From: Vulcanimicrobiota bacterium
GTDB taxonomy: Bacteria > Vulcanimicrobiota > Xenobia > Xenobiales > JADMJV01
Length of the DNA stretch: 64,000 nt
Reading direction: 5' to 3'
Assembly (NCBI GenBank): GCA_050250895.1
Contig: JBFWNU010000001.1
Coordinates: 680,008-744,007 of the forward strand
Shown: positions 28,358 through 37,912 of the stretch, piece by piece
Position numbering within the stretch: the first letter of the stretch is position 1
Layout: every line of letters begins with the position of its first letter
Notes under the pieces: model-generated
Database searches by the model: none
What the model was told of the DNA's origin: nothing
The model's input: only the letters and a program-made list of their open reading frames with translations
Position numbers and translations under genes: made by a program

Positions 28358-29179
28358 ATGCAGCTTCGGCAATGGGCCGCTCGCTTTGTCCTCGGCGCTC
28401 TCGTCGCCGGCCTAGCGTTTTCCATCGTCGGTTTGCGAAGCGATCGCGTGAAAGCTTCCGACCACGATGACGGCGAAACCAATATTAAATCTCGTAACAC
28501 GGGTCTCACCGACCTGTTCGTCTTCCGCGAAGACTGGTACACCGGCATCGGAGCTGATGCCAACAACCTGATTTTCATCATGTGCACCAATCCTCGCTCG
28601 CTGCCCCGTCAGCACTACTACTTCAACACCAACGCGCTCTACAATTTCCACGTCACCCGCAACGCCACCAATAACGACGTCGTAAGTGGCCGCGAAGATT
28701 TGCGCTTCGAATTCTCCTTCGGCGCCCCCGACGCCAACAACCAGCAAGCCATCCGCTTCAACGTGCACACCGTGGCCAACGGCGTGCCCACCAACACCAC
28801 TCTGGGCGTGGCCACCAACCCGGTGACCACCGCCGCCCGCCCCCTGCTGGCCGGCACCAACACCCCCGTGGTCAATAGCTTCAACGTCAACGGCACCAAC
28901 ATCGACGTGTTTGCCGGACTGCGCGAAGACCCGTTCTTCTTCGATGTCGAGGCCTACTTCCGGCTGCGCGCCTCGCTGCGCGGCTCGAACAGCCCCACCG
29001 ATGTCGACCCGATCGGCTTTGCTCCCAGCACGGCCACTTCCGTCGACTTCGCCCAGGGCTATAACGTGAACGCCATCGTGATGCGCGTTCCCATCGCCTT
29101 CCTGCAGGCGAATGGCGAGACCAGCTTTGACGCTTGGGAAACCATCACCATTCCCGGCAACATCGCGGTGTACCAATAG
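28358..29179 (+). CDS. Exported DUF4331-family protein
   Basis: GGAGG RBS, signal peptide ending VKA|SDHDDG, then LTDLFVFR, VFAGLREDPFFFD, DFAQGYNVNAIV. Confidence 0.8.
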   Translation: MQLRQWAARFVLGALVAGLAFSIVGLRSDRVKASDHDDGETNIKSRNTGLTDLFVFREDWYTGIGADANNLIFIMCTNPRSLPRQHYYFNTNALYNFHVTRNATNNDVVSGREDLRFEFSFGAPDANNQQAIRFNVHTVANGVPTNTTLGVATNPVTTAARPLLAGTNTPVVNSFNVNGTNIDVFAGLREDPFFFDVEAYFRLRASLRGSNSPTDVDPIGFAPSTATSVDFAQGYNVNAIVMRVPIAFLQANGETSFDAWETITIPGNIAVYQ

Positions 29180-29191
29180 GAGGCAGCTAAC

Positions 29192-29857
29192 ATGAAGACT
29201 TACAAGTTCCTTGCATCAGTCGCCCTGGCCGCCAGCCTGTTCGTCACCGGTTGCGGTACCAGTTCCGACATTATCCCTCAACCCGCCCAGGCCCAGAACG
29301 GCGTGGGTGTGGTCCAGGTCGAGCAGTTAGCTCGTCCGGCCATCAACGAAGGTTTGCTGGTCGACAACGCCCTGCTCAACGCCTATAACAGCGTGCCGCC
29401 GTCGTTCGTGCGGGCGGCCCTCGACAACCAAAACGGACCAGAATTCGCCAGGGCGCTCCCGCTCATCACCGACGCCACGGCGACCCTGAATGCCCTGCTG
29501 CAGGCCAACAACAACGACGGGCCTTTTGCTGCCGTCAACAACGGCAACGGCCCCGACGCGGGCTTCTTTCTGGGCATCTTCCTGCCCGACGTGATGCGCA
29601 TCAACACCCAGCTGAACTTCGCCCCCGGGGCTCAGGCCTTCGGTGCGAGCTTCAACGGCAACTTCGTCCTCGACAGCGGTCGCAAAACCACTGACGACGT
29701 GATGGATGTGGTGTCGACGGCGTTGACCAACAACGCAGCGGTAAGAGACAACGTGCCCTACACCCGCCAGGGCGGGAACCAGGCCACCGGCCACTCGGCC
29801 CTGCCGGTGGGCGGCAACGCCAACCCGACCTTCCCCTTCCTGGCCCCGGCCAACTAG
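29192..29857 (+). CDS. DUF4331-family lipoprotein (C-terminal-half type)
   Basis: Lipobox FVTGC. QVEQLARPAINE, LPDVMRI, GRKTTDDVMD, FPFLAPAN. Confidence 0.78.
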   Translation: MKTYKFLASVALAASLFVTGCGTSSDIIPQPAQAQNGVGVVQVEQLARPAINEGLLVDNALLNAYNSVPPSFVRAALDNQNGPEFARALPLITDATATLNALLQANNNDGPFAAVNNGNGPDAGFFLGIFLPDVMRINTQLNFAPGAQAFGASFNGNFVLDSGRKTTDDVMDVVSTALTNNAAVRDNVPYTRQGGNQATGHSALPVGGNANPTFPFLAPAN

Positions 29858-29875
29858 GCGACGGTCAACAACACG

Positions 29876-29907
29876 AAAAAGCCTCGGCGGCCCGCCGAGG
29901 CTTTTTT
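29876..29907. terminator. Bidirectional rho-independent terminator
   Basis: aaaaa-gcctcggcgg-c-ccgccgaggc-tttttt between convergent genes. Confidence 0.9.
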
Positions 29908-29925
29908 CTTTGGGCTAGAGACGTC

Positions 29926-31368
29926 CTACCGGGACAGCCAACCTTCGAGGTTGCTGAACTCCTGGCGAATGGCGGCCCGTTGACCGTCGTCTTTGGCCCC
30001 GGACAGGGCCAAGCCCTGAAGCTCGTCAAGGGTCATCGATTCGACCAGGCGCCGCTGGGCGAAGGCAAAGCCCTCCTCCACCTTGGTGCGCACCCGGTCT
30101 TTCACCTCGTCGGTGGCAAAGGCCGAATTGACGCCGTTGTCGACCAGCTGACGCAGGTCGGTGGCCGAGAAGCCGAAGGCCTGAGTGATGTTGACGTAGT
30201 CGTCGGTCAGGGTGATTCCCGACACGCCAGGGTCATCGTTGTTGACGGTGACCACCGCCCCTTTGCGCATCAAGTCTGGCAGAGGATGGCTGGCCATGTC
30301 TTTGACCGCCTGGGTTTGCACGTTCGAGAGCGGGCAGATCTCATAGGGAATGCCTTTGTCGATCATCATCTGCTCGACGGCCGGGTCCTCCGAAGAGCGC
30401 ACCCCGTGGCCGATGCGATCGGCACCGAGTTCCTCAACGGCTACACGCACGTTGTTCGCTCCGCCGATACTCTTGTCGGCGTGGTGCACCGGCACCTCAC
30501 CGGCATGCACGGTGACTCCTAGACCGGCCTGCTTGGCGGCCTGAAAGACCTCTTTGTAAGGTCCCGGAGGATAATCGTATTCATTGTTGGCCAGGTCGAG
30601 CGCGACCACACCGGCATCTTTGTACTTCTCGGCTAGCTTCTCGACCACCCAACCAGACTCGACGCCCATCTGGCGCTCGATGATCATGATCAGACCCAGG
30701 TCCATCCCGAAGTCCTGAGAAGCCCGCTTGGCGCCTTTAAGGACGGCCTGGGTAACAGCGTCCAGGTCGAGGTTGTTGGTGGAGGCCATATACATCGGCG
30801 AGAACCGCAATTCGGCGTACTGGAGATTGTCGTCAGAGCAATCCTTGGCCACATGATAGGTAAGATCTTCAATGACCTGGGGATCTTTGAAGATCTTGCC
30901 GATCAGATTGAACTTCTCCAAGAACACCTTGAGCCCGTCCTCGGCCGCGGCATCCTTATCCTTGGCGGTGATCTGAATCAGCTCGCGCAGTTCTTCGACA
31001 TCGTAGGTCGGCAGTTCGATATCGTTCTTCTTGGCCACGTCCGCCAGCGCCTCGGGAGTGATGGCTCCTTCGAGGTGGCGGTGCAGGTCGGTCTTGGGAA
31101 CGTCCTGGCTGAATTGGCGAAGCTGTTCGTTGCGCAGGCCCGACAGAGGAGCCAGAGCAACCGAGGCCAGGGCCTGGTCCAATTGAGCGAAAATCGCTTC
31201 TTTGGACACCCCCGAGCCGCACAACTCGGCGATGGTTCGGCCGCTGAGCTCGCTCGTCTCGCGACCTCCGATGGTCACCTGATCGCCATCCGGCCTCTTC
31301 TGGCAACCGCAGGCGCGAGCGGTGGGCGACGGAGTCGTGGGACTGAAGTTCCTCTGAATCGAGACCAT
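29926..31368 (-). CDS. add: Adenosine deaminase with ~90 aa N-terminal extension
   Basis: PKTDLHRHLEG, YAELRFSP, HAGE, RIGHG, CPLSN, NNDDP. ATG 31368 follows AGGAGG. Confidence 0.9.
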   Translation of the reverse strand: MVSIQRNFSPTTPSPTARACGCQKRPDGDQVTIGGRETSELSGRTIAELCGSGVSKEAIFAQLDQALASVALAPLSGLRNEQLRQFSQDVPKTDLHRHLEGAITPEALADVAKKNDIELPTYDVEELRELIQITAKDKDAAAEDGLKVFLEKFNLIGKIFKDPQVIEDLTYHVAKDCSDDNLQYAELRFSPMYMASTNNLDLDAVTQAVLKGAKRASQDFGMDLGLIMIIERQMGVESGWVVEKLAEKYKDAGVVALDLANNEYDYPPGPYKEVFQAAKQAGLGVTVHAGEVPVHHADKSIGGANNVRVAVEELGADRIGHGVRSSEDPAVEQMMIDKGIPYEICPLSNVQTQAVKDMASHPLPDLMRKGAVVTVNNDDPGVSGITLTDDYVNITQAFGFSATDLRQLVDNGVNSAFATDEVKDRVRTKVEEGFAFAQRRLVESMTLDELQGLALSGAKDDGQRAAIRQEFSNLEGWLSR

Positions 31369-31396
31369 TGGCAAACCTCCTATTGTCTGTCATGTC

Positions 31397-31418
31397 AGAA
31401 TAGGAAGAATGCCTCAAA
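31397..31418 (-). promoter_or_regulatory. Shared promoter-like motif TTTGAG-N8-CCTATTCT
   Basis: Minus strand TTTGAGgcattcttCCTATTCT, 28 nt upstream of the add start. Confidence 0.62.
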
Positions 31419-31432
31419 AATCGCTGAAAGGA

Positions 31433-31921
31433 CTACATGCGGGGGGCGCCGGGCGGAAGCTGCTGATCATCGTCATTCGCCTGCCACTGCTGCTGCGGGG
31501 GCGGCGATTGCGACTGGGCAGCGGCCATCTGGGCCGGATTGATGGCCGCCTCTTCAGCCTGGTGAACCGGGGCAGCCGCTGGAGCGCTACCGGCCTGCAC
31601 CAGGGGCTCGGGAGCCTCGCTGGCCGGCGCATCGTCTGGCTTCTTACCGCGAAACGCGTCATAGAGAGCCTTGATGAACAACCCGGTGAGATAGCGATAG
31701 TAGCCAAACCGTCGGCGTTCGAGGCTCTTGATGACCGCCTCGACCCCAACCAGCTCTTCTTCGACCAGAGGATGCTCAAAGCCGCAAGACTGGATGTGAA
31801 GGCGCAGCTTGAGAGCCAGGGTCAGGGCTTCTTCGTGCTTTTTGAAGCGCAACTGCGTGTTGACCTGGGCGGCGCGCTTTTGAATCTCTTGCACGGGTCC
31901 CGGGGCATTGTTCTCGACCAT
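31433..31921 (-). CDS. Hypothetical protein (162 aa, TPR-like helices, Pro/Gln-rich tail)
   Basis: AGGAGGAG RBS directly after the upstream stop. Last gene of the co-directional run. Confidence 0.75.
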   Translation of the reverse strand: MVENNAPGPVQEIQKRAAQVNTQLRFKKHEEALTLALKLRLHIQSCGFEHPLVEEELVGVEAVIKSLERRRFGYYRYLTGLFIKALYDAFRGKKPDDAPASEAPEPLVQAGSAPAAAPVHQAEEAAINPAQMAAAQSQSPPPQQQWQANDDDQQLPPGAPRM

Positions 31922-31930
31922 GGCTCCTCC

Positions 31931-33769
31931 TTACCTCAGCAAATTGATCAGGTCGTCTCGACCGGCCGCTTTAGCCAGACTCATCGGGGTCTTACCAGAA
32001 CTATCTTTGGCGTTCTTGGTGGCCCCGCACATCACCAGACCCTCGGTAGCTCCGCGATGACCCATCTTGACGGCCAGGTGCAGAGCCGTCTCGCCGGTTT
32101 TGGGATTTTTGAAGTTGATATCGGCGCGACACTCCATCAGATCGATGATCATCCTGGTGCGGCCGGCCATCGCCGCCAACTGAAGCGGTGTGTAGCCCGC
32201 CTCGTTGACCGGATCCACCATGGCGTTCTGAGCCACCAGCAAGTCCACGGCTCGATTTGCCGGCGAGCAAGCGGCCCCGTGCAAAGGGGTGGCGCCGAAA
32301 GAATCCACCGCGTTGACATCGGCCCCGCGGCCCAACAGGTCGGTCATCACCTTGGTGTGCCCCCAGCGCGAGGCGATGTGGAGCGGAGTCGCGTCGCCGG
32401 CTCCGACGTTGACGTTAGCCCCCTTCTCGAGCAGGGCCTCGACCAACATCTCTTTACCGTAGAAGGTGGCCCATTGCATTGGGGTCCAACCCGAGCCGTC
32501 CACGGTCCCGATCAACTTTTCGTCTTCGATAGCGCGGACGCACTTGTTGGTCATGCCCAGCTTGAGGCCGCCCATGAACTCGACATAAGACGGCGGCATG
32601 CGGCTGGAGTCGTAAAGAACTCCCATACAATCGTCGATCAGCTTAGGCAGCACCGGGAAATCCGGTCCACCGCTGCGACGCACCACCGCCAGAGCCTGCA
32701 GCTTCAACTGTTGACTGGGCCGACCGTTCATTTCTTCGATGACGGCCTGAGCCATCAGCAACTGACCCACCACGCCGTCTTCGACCATGCCCAGGCGCTG
32801 GCGCTCTTGCATCAACTCTTGAATGCGGGCCAGGGCCTCGTCCTGGCGGCCGAGCCGAATCATGAAGTCGATCAGATTGGCGGCCAGAGTCGCTCTCTGA
32901 GCATCCATGCCGGCCTTCTCTAAGACGGCGCAAGCCTGTTCACCCAGAGAAAGGGCGGTGACGAAGTCGTTCTGCATCGCGTAGAACGAGGCCAGAGTCT
33001 TGAGCACACGCACATGCAGCAGGGGGTCGGTCCCCTGGTCAAACTTGAGAATCTCGAGAGCACGCTGGGCATAGTAGGCGGCCGAGCGAATGTCTTTTTG
33101 CTCTTGATACATCTGGCTCACGCCGTGCAGCACGCTGGCATAGTCTGAGGCCGGCGGGTCAGCCATTTGCTCGAAGGTCGAGATGCAGCGCAGATAAAGC
33201 TTGCCGCAACGATTGAACTGGCCCCGCTGCTTGAACATGTCGGCCAGATGACGAACAGCGATGACGGTCTGGGTATCGACCGACCCCAACCCCAGTTCGG
33301 CGGTGATGATGGCGTTCTCGTAGATCTCGGTGGCCTTCTCGTAGTCGTAGCTATAGGTCGCCTTCAGACCTTCGGCCAGGGTCTTCTTCAACTTCTCGGT
33401 GACGCGTTGCTTGTATAGGTCTTGATAGGCCTCGTAGCCGAGCATGATGATAGAGATGCCGGCCACGATGGCGGCGCCATATCCGATGGCCTTCTGGGTC
33501 GCGCCCATGGCCGACAAACCGAAGGCGATGGCTCCGCCGCCCAGGATGACGCCGATGGCGATACCGTTATCACGGGCGCTTCGCGGAGAGGCCTTGAGGA
33601 CGCGCAAGACAGCCGCAGCCCCCAGGCTGCCGGCCACCATGACCACCAGCGAAACCAGGAACATCCCGGCGCCGACCAGGACGTTGGCGCTCGAGACGCT
33701 GACCATGCCGCCCCATTGGGCGCCAAGCACGGCCGCGAAAACGATGTAGAGGAGGTGGCGAAGCCCCAT
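31931..33769 (-). CDS. Membrane protein with kinesin-light-chain-type TPRs and C-terminal ankyrin repeats
   Basis: Four N-terminal TM segments, TPR-like helices, ankyrin motifs GWTPMQWA, TPLHIAS, TPLHGAA, TPLQLAA, TALHLAV, GKTP. Confidence 0.85.
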   Translation of the reverse strand: MGLRHLLYIVFAAVLGAQWGGMVSVSSANVLVGAGMFLVSLVVMVAGSLGAAAVLRVLKASPRSARDNGIAIGVILGGGAIAFGLSAMGATQKAIGYGAAIVAGISIIMLGYEAYQDLYKQRVTEKLKKTLAEGLKATYSYDYEKATEIYENAIITAELGLGSVDTQTVIAVRHLADMFKQRGQFNRCGKLYLRCISTFEQMADPPASDYASVLHGVSQMYQEQKDIRSAAYYAQRALEILKFDQGTDPLLHVRVLKTLASFYAMQNDFVTALSLGEQACAVLEKAGMDAQRATLAANLIDFMIRLGRQDEALARIQELMQERQRLGMVEDGVVGQLLMAQAVIEEMNGRPSQQLKLQALAVVRRSGGPDFPVLPKLIDDCMGVLYDSSRMPPSYVEFMGGLKLGMTNKCVRAIEDEKLIGTVDGSGWTPMQWATFYGKEMLVEALLEKGANVNVGAGDATPLHIASRWGHTKVMTDLLGRGADVNAVDSFGATPLHGAACSPANRAVDLLVAQNAMVDPVNEAGYTPLQLAAMAGRTRMIIDLMECRADINFKNPKTGETALHLAVKMGHRGATEGLVMCGATKNAKDSSGKTPMSLAKAAGRDDLINLLR

Positions 33770-33772
33770 AGC

Positions 33773-34999
33773 CTAGAGGTTCTGCACCAACTGGATCATC
33801 GGTAGGAAAGAGGCGATGACCACGAAGCCTACGACCGCGCCCATCACAGCCATGATCAAAGGCTCGATCAGGGAGGCGAGGTTGTCTAGTTGGATCTCGA
33901 GGTCGTCTTCGTAGAGCTTGGCCACGCGCGAGATCAGGTCGTCGAGACGACCCGTCTCTTCGCCGACCTTGATCATCTGCAAGGCAGTCGGCGCGAACAC
34001 CTCGTAGAGAGTCAGCGAGTCGAAGAGACTGACGCCCGATAGCAACGATTCTCGACTGTGTTTGAGTTTTTGCTGATAGACCCGGTTACCGGCGACGCTC
34101 TCGCACGTCTTGAGAACCTCACCCAGCATTACACCGGCGCTGAGCATGGTCGACATCGTGTAGAGCACTCGGGCCGAGATGCCCAGAGAGATCAATTTGC
34201 CGACCACGGGCACTTTCAAGATGTTCTGGTCAAAAGCGAAGCGCAAGGCCGGGGCCCGGTCGGATTCGGCCAACAACCAGAAAGAAGCGGAAAAGAAGCC
34301 CACAATCAAGAGGATGCCGGGAATGGCCACGTAGGGATTGCTCAGCGCGCGGCTGCCGTAAATCAGCACTTTGGTCGGCCAGGGCAACTCGATGCCCACC
34401 GAGTCGAACATCGGCAGCAACATCGGCACGATGTAGAACACAAACAGAGCGATGATACCGATGGCCACCACGCCGATCACGGCCGGGTAAGCGAAGGTCG
34501 CCTGAATGCGCTTCTTGAGGGTTACGTTCTTCTCGAGGAGCCGGGCCAGCTTATTCAGGGTCACGTCGAGGGTACCCGACGTCTCGCCAGCTTTGGTCAG
34601 GGCGATGTAGGTTTCGCCAAAGACGCGCGGCTGCTCGTCGAGGGCCTGGCTGACCGATTTGCCTCCCTCGATGGCGTTGGCCACCTTCTCCATGACCACG
34701 TTGAGGCGCTGGTCTTCGCCGCGGGCGACGAAGTGGAAGGCCCGGTTGACCGAGATGCCACCGTTGACCATGGCCGCCAGCTGGCGCGTGTAAAGAGAGA
34801 GGTTCTCGATCTTGACGCTCGGGCTGAGCTTGAACTGAATGCTCCTCGCGGCCGGAGCCTCTTCTTGCTCTTGAACGAAAAGAACACGAGGATAGACCTG
34901 ATTCAATCGGTCTTTGGCCACCACCAGGGAAGGCGCTTTTAGAGTGCCCTGGACCACGTTGTCGGCGTGGTCTACGGCTTTGAACAGAAAACTTCGAAT
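33773..34999 (-). CDS. pilC: Type IV pilus / type II secretion platform protein (PilC/GspF)
   Basis: YTRQLAAMVNGG, IEGGKSVSQAL, AGETSGTLD, YPAV, MIKVGEETGRLD, LIEP. Homology appears to extend up to an ATT codon at 34999. The first canonical start is GTG 34957. Confidence 0.88.
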   Translation of the reverse strand: MRSFLFKAVDHADNVVQGTLKAPSLVVAKDRLNQVYPRVLFVQEQEEAPAARSIQFKLSPSVKIENLSLYTRQLAAMVNGGISVNRAFHFVARGEDQRLNVVMEKVANAIEGGKSVSQALDEQPRVFGETYIALTKAGETSGTLDVTLNKLARLLEKNVTLKKRIQATFAYPAVIGVVAIGIIALFVFYIVPMLLPMFDSVGIELPWPTKVLIYGSRALSNPYVAIPGILLIVGFFSASFWLLAESDRAPALRFAFDQNILKVPVVGKLISLGISARVLYTMSTMLSAGVMLGEVLKTCESVAGNRVYQQKLKHSRESLLSGVSLFDSLTLYEVFAPTALQMIKVGEETGRLDDLISRVAKLYEDDLEIQLDNLASLIEPLIMAVMGAVVGFVVIASFLPMIQLVQNL

Positions 35000-35136
35000 T
35001 TGGAACTACCTACCTTCCCCGAGAGAAGTGCATAGCAGACTCAATAATTTCGCACCCTGGGCCAAAAGGACCTCCAAAAGAGATACAATCGGATAAGTCG
35101 GGGGCACGACCGGCCGCCGGGTTCGCCGACAGCCGC

Positions 35137-35484
35137 TCAGAGCTGTTCTTTGAGCTTGCGTGAAGCCCGCCCGATCCCGAAACGAACCTGGCCGACGGTG
35201 GCGTCATTACGGGCCAACACCATCAGATAGGTCACCTCGTTGATACTACGCAAGAAGATGCTACCGTTCTCGGCCTCGAGACTCATCAGGCCCAGGGCCC
35301 CGCGCTCGAATTTTTCGGTCATGCCGGCCTCGGCATTCTGGAAAAGCTCGGCCGTCTCGGCACCCAGAAAATCGGGGTCGGGCTCGGCATCGCCGGAGGA
35401 GGCGATGACCAGGCCATCCTTACCCACGATCAGACTGCCTTGAATGCCCGGCGTGGTGTTTAACTCTTTGAGAATCTCGTCCAT
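35137..35484 (-). CDS. Roadblock/LC7 (MglB-like) protein
   Basis: ILKELNTTPGIQGSLIVGKDGLVIAS...LEAENG.I...YLMVLA...VG.VR pattern. GGAGG RBS. Confidence 0.88.
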   Translation of the reverse strand: MDEILKELNTTPGIQGSLIVGKDGLVIASSGDAEPDPDFLGAETAELFQNAEAGMTEKFERGALGLMSLEAENGSIFLRSINEVTYLMVLARNDATVGQVRFGIGRASRKLKEQL

Positions 35485-35495
35485 CTAAGCCTCCG

Positions 35496-37904
35496 TTATT
35501 GAAATACCGATGCCAGCATCGTGGCGGCGCTGGCCAACCGAGCCTGCCAGACTTCGGGAGCGACCTTCGCATCCAGGAACGTAATCAGCACGGCTTCTTT
35601 ATCGATTGGGAACAAACTGAGCGTGCGCCGGTCCGAACGCAACACGAACTGCCGCACAGGGGCCATGCCCAGGCGCTCGAGGGCACCTTCACAGTCCCCC
35701 ATTGCCTGAGTCAGGATCACGCCCACCATTTCAGGATTGACGTCAGTATCCAGTTGCATATCGATGGGCAAACCATCTCTCGAGGCCAGGACATTGCCCA
35801 CGATGCCGTCGACCTGAGAGAGATCCTCGAGTACTTTCTTGAGAATCGCCTCCCGCAAGACCATCTCGCCGGGCAACGGTGCAGCATCGGCGTCAGCCGC
35901 CGGCGAGGTGCTGGGATTGTGAACCAGCAAGGCCACCGACTGCGGCATGGGCCAGACTTGCAGCTTACCCAGCCGACCGTCGAGCCAGAGGCTGGTCATT
36001 TGACCCAACTCGGCCTCTTCCATCCCTTTGCCGAAGGCGTCGAGCACCACCTGATGGAAAGCCGCGGCCTGCCCGGTAAAGTCAGCGTCGTCAAAGGAGC
36101 CGCACAGGGTGAAACCTTCGTCGCTGGCGAGCTGGGCCGCGCCGACTTCAGCCAGCCGACCTTCAAGACTTGCGAACGAAGGAAAATCAGTCCCGCTCAA
36201 TTCTTCGCGCAAGCCATCGACAACCTGTTTGAGCTTCTCGCCCATGTTCTGTTCGCCCATGGGCAGCGAAACCTCGGGAAACATCTCGGTAGGCAGAGCC
36301 ACCTCTTCGACCATCGCCTCGGCTTCGGGTTCGGGCTCGACCACCGCCGAGGGAAGCTCGGCCTCGAAGTCGTCTTCCACGTCCAGAGGATCCGAGGTCA
36401 GCGAGCTGGTGCTCGGGCCATCCAGGTCAAGGTCAAGGTCGAGATCCAGATCCAGGTCGAGGTCCAGGTCCAGGTCGAGATCCAGGTCAGACTTCAAAGA
36501 AGGCAATCCGGACGTATCCTCGAGGGGCGCCTCGAAGTCGGTCGCAGCCGGCATATCGAAATCGTCACTGAGCGGCACGCTGGTCTCGACAGGGCTGACC
36601 AGTTCAGGCTCGGGCGTAGGCGCCGGCTCGAGATCGAGGTGGTCGAGGTCAGCCACCGGCTGCTCTTCAGACACTTCGGGCTCTTCGAGTTCGGGAGCCA
36701 GGTCGATGGGGTCGGGCTCGGGACCGAGCAGATGCTCACCCACCGCCTCGCCCACCGGCAATCGGGTCAGGGCCTCGAAACGGGCCAAAAGCTCGCAGAT
36801 ACTCTTCTCGGAGGTCTCGGAAAGGACCGAGGCAATCCGCTCGCCCAGAGCCGAGAGGTCGGCGATGACCTCGATAGGTCGGTCAAGATTCTCTCGCGAG
36901 AGCACTTGCCGGGATTCGAGATTGAGTTCGACCGGGCAAACCAGGAAGGCCGCCTGAGGCGAAAAGTATCTAACCCGAGAGAGAAAGCGAAACGCCTGAT
37001 CCGGCGTGACTTCGTCCTCTTGCACCTCGAACATGAAGACGGCGCCCTCATAAGTTGCGAAGAGGTCGACGGTGCGATAGTCCCGCTCGAGGGCCCAGCG
37101 CAAACCGGCTTCTTCAATGCCGTGCGAGCGCAGACTATCGGCCAGAGACAGCGCCAGCCAGAGATTGCGGTGAGCCAGGCGACGGCCGGGAGCGGTGGCG
37201 CGCAAGAACTGGTCGATCCGTTCTTCGGAGATCAGTCGATTGCTAAAGGGGCTTCGGAAGCCGCGGTCGGCCGCATCCTTAAGAGCATCCATCGAAGGAA
37301 AGCGAGCCAGTTCGCGACCCGAGTCACGACAGAACACCTCGAACTCGCGCTCGAGCAGGCCGTGTTGTTCCAAGTCATTGACCACCGCCTCGAGTTCGCC
37401 GGCCTGACCGTTGGCGTAAGCCTCAAGCGACGTGCCGGCATTGCTCGAGACCGCCATCAACAGCTTGCGGCTGGCAGGACTGGCTAAAACTCGGGCGGCG
37501 TCGAGCTGGACTCGACTCAGCGGGAAAGTGTCGCTTTCTTCGGCCACCAATCGAAATTGTTCGGACAGCACCGACAGGGGCGACCACTTCCACTTCTCGA
37601 GCACCGAAGCAATCGTGCTGCGAAAATCTTCGAAATCATCAGTGGGCGCGTCTCCGTTGAAAATAACGCCCGCCTCGATCGAATCTCTGTCTTCAGGAAT
37701 CCAATAGAAGTAGATCTCGCCCTTCTCGCCCAGGAAGAGCTCGCCGCGCTTGCCAGGATTGGCGCTGTTGAGATCGAGCGACCGCCGCAACTCTAGCGCC
37801 ACATCGATCACCAGGGGACGGTAGCGTTCGCGGAGACGGCTCCAGATGTCATTTTCTCTCGACAGGCCGACCCTGGCCTTCAAGACCTCTCGTAACAACT
37901 GCAT
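35496..37904 (-). CDS. Multidomain protein: degenerate nuclease-like fold, acidic linker, two C-terminal roadblock/LC7 domains
   Basis: VLEDLSQVDGIVGNVLASRDGLPI and AQLASDEGFTL roadblock motifs. VDLFATYEGAVFMFEVQ is PD-(D/E)xK-like. Long D/E/P-rich linker. Confidence 0.75.
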   Translation of the reverse strand: MQLLREVLKARVGLSRENDIWSRLRERYRPLVIDVALELRRSLDLNSANPGKRGELFLGEKGEIYFYWIPEDRDSIEAGVIFNGDAPTDDFEDFRSTIASVLEKWKWSPLSVLSEQFRLVAEESDTFPLSRVQLDAARVLASPASRKLLMAVSSNAGTSLEAYANGQAGELEAVVNDLEQHGLLEREFEVFCRDSGRELARFPSMDALKDAADRGFRSPFSNRLISEERIDQFLRATAPGRRLAHRNLWLALSLADSLRSHGIEEAGLRWALERDYRTVDLFATYEGAVFMFEVQEDEVTPDQAFRFLSRVRYFSPQAAFLVCPVELNLESRQVLSRENLDRPIEVIADLSALGERIASVLSETSEKSICELLARFEALTRLPVGEAVGEHLLGPEPDPIDLAPELEEPEVSEEQPVADLDHLDLEPAPTPEPELVSPVETSVPLSDDFDMPAATDFEAPLEDTSGLPSLKSDLDLDLDLDLDLDLDLDLDLDLDGPSTSSLTSDPLDVEDDFEAELPSAVVEPEPEAEAMVEEVALPTEMFPEVSLPMGEQNMGEKLKQVVDGLREELSGTDFPSFASLEGRLAEVGAAQLASDEGFTLCGSFDDADFTGQAAAFHQVVLDAFGKGMEEAELGQMTSLWLDGRLGKLQVWPMPQSVALLVHNPSTSPAADADAAPLPGEMVLREAILKKVLEDLSQVDGIVGNVLASRDGLPIDMQLDTDVNPEMVGVILTQAMGDCEGALERLGMAPVRQFVLRSDRRTLSLFPIDKEAVLITFLDAKVAPEVWQARLASAATMLASVFQ
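36420..36488 (-). repeat. (Asp-Leu)11-Asp dipeptide repeat
   Basis: gac ctg gat ctc gac ctg ... gac ctt gac ctg gat, with synonymous variation between units. Confidence 0.9.
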
Positions 37905-37912
37905 GACTTACC

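Noticed and set aside
35048-35066. Possible sigma54 promoter upstream of pilC (TGGCCCAGGGTGC)
   Set aside because: GG-to-GC spacing is 8 nt rather than the required 10.
36109-36957. ORF with an (RS)n repeat resembling an SR protein
   Set aside because: It is the antisense reading of the (DL)11 repeat in the roadblock protein.
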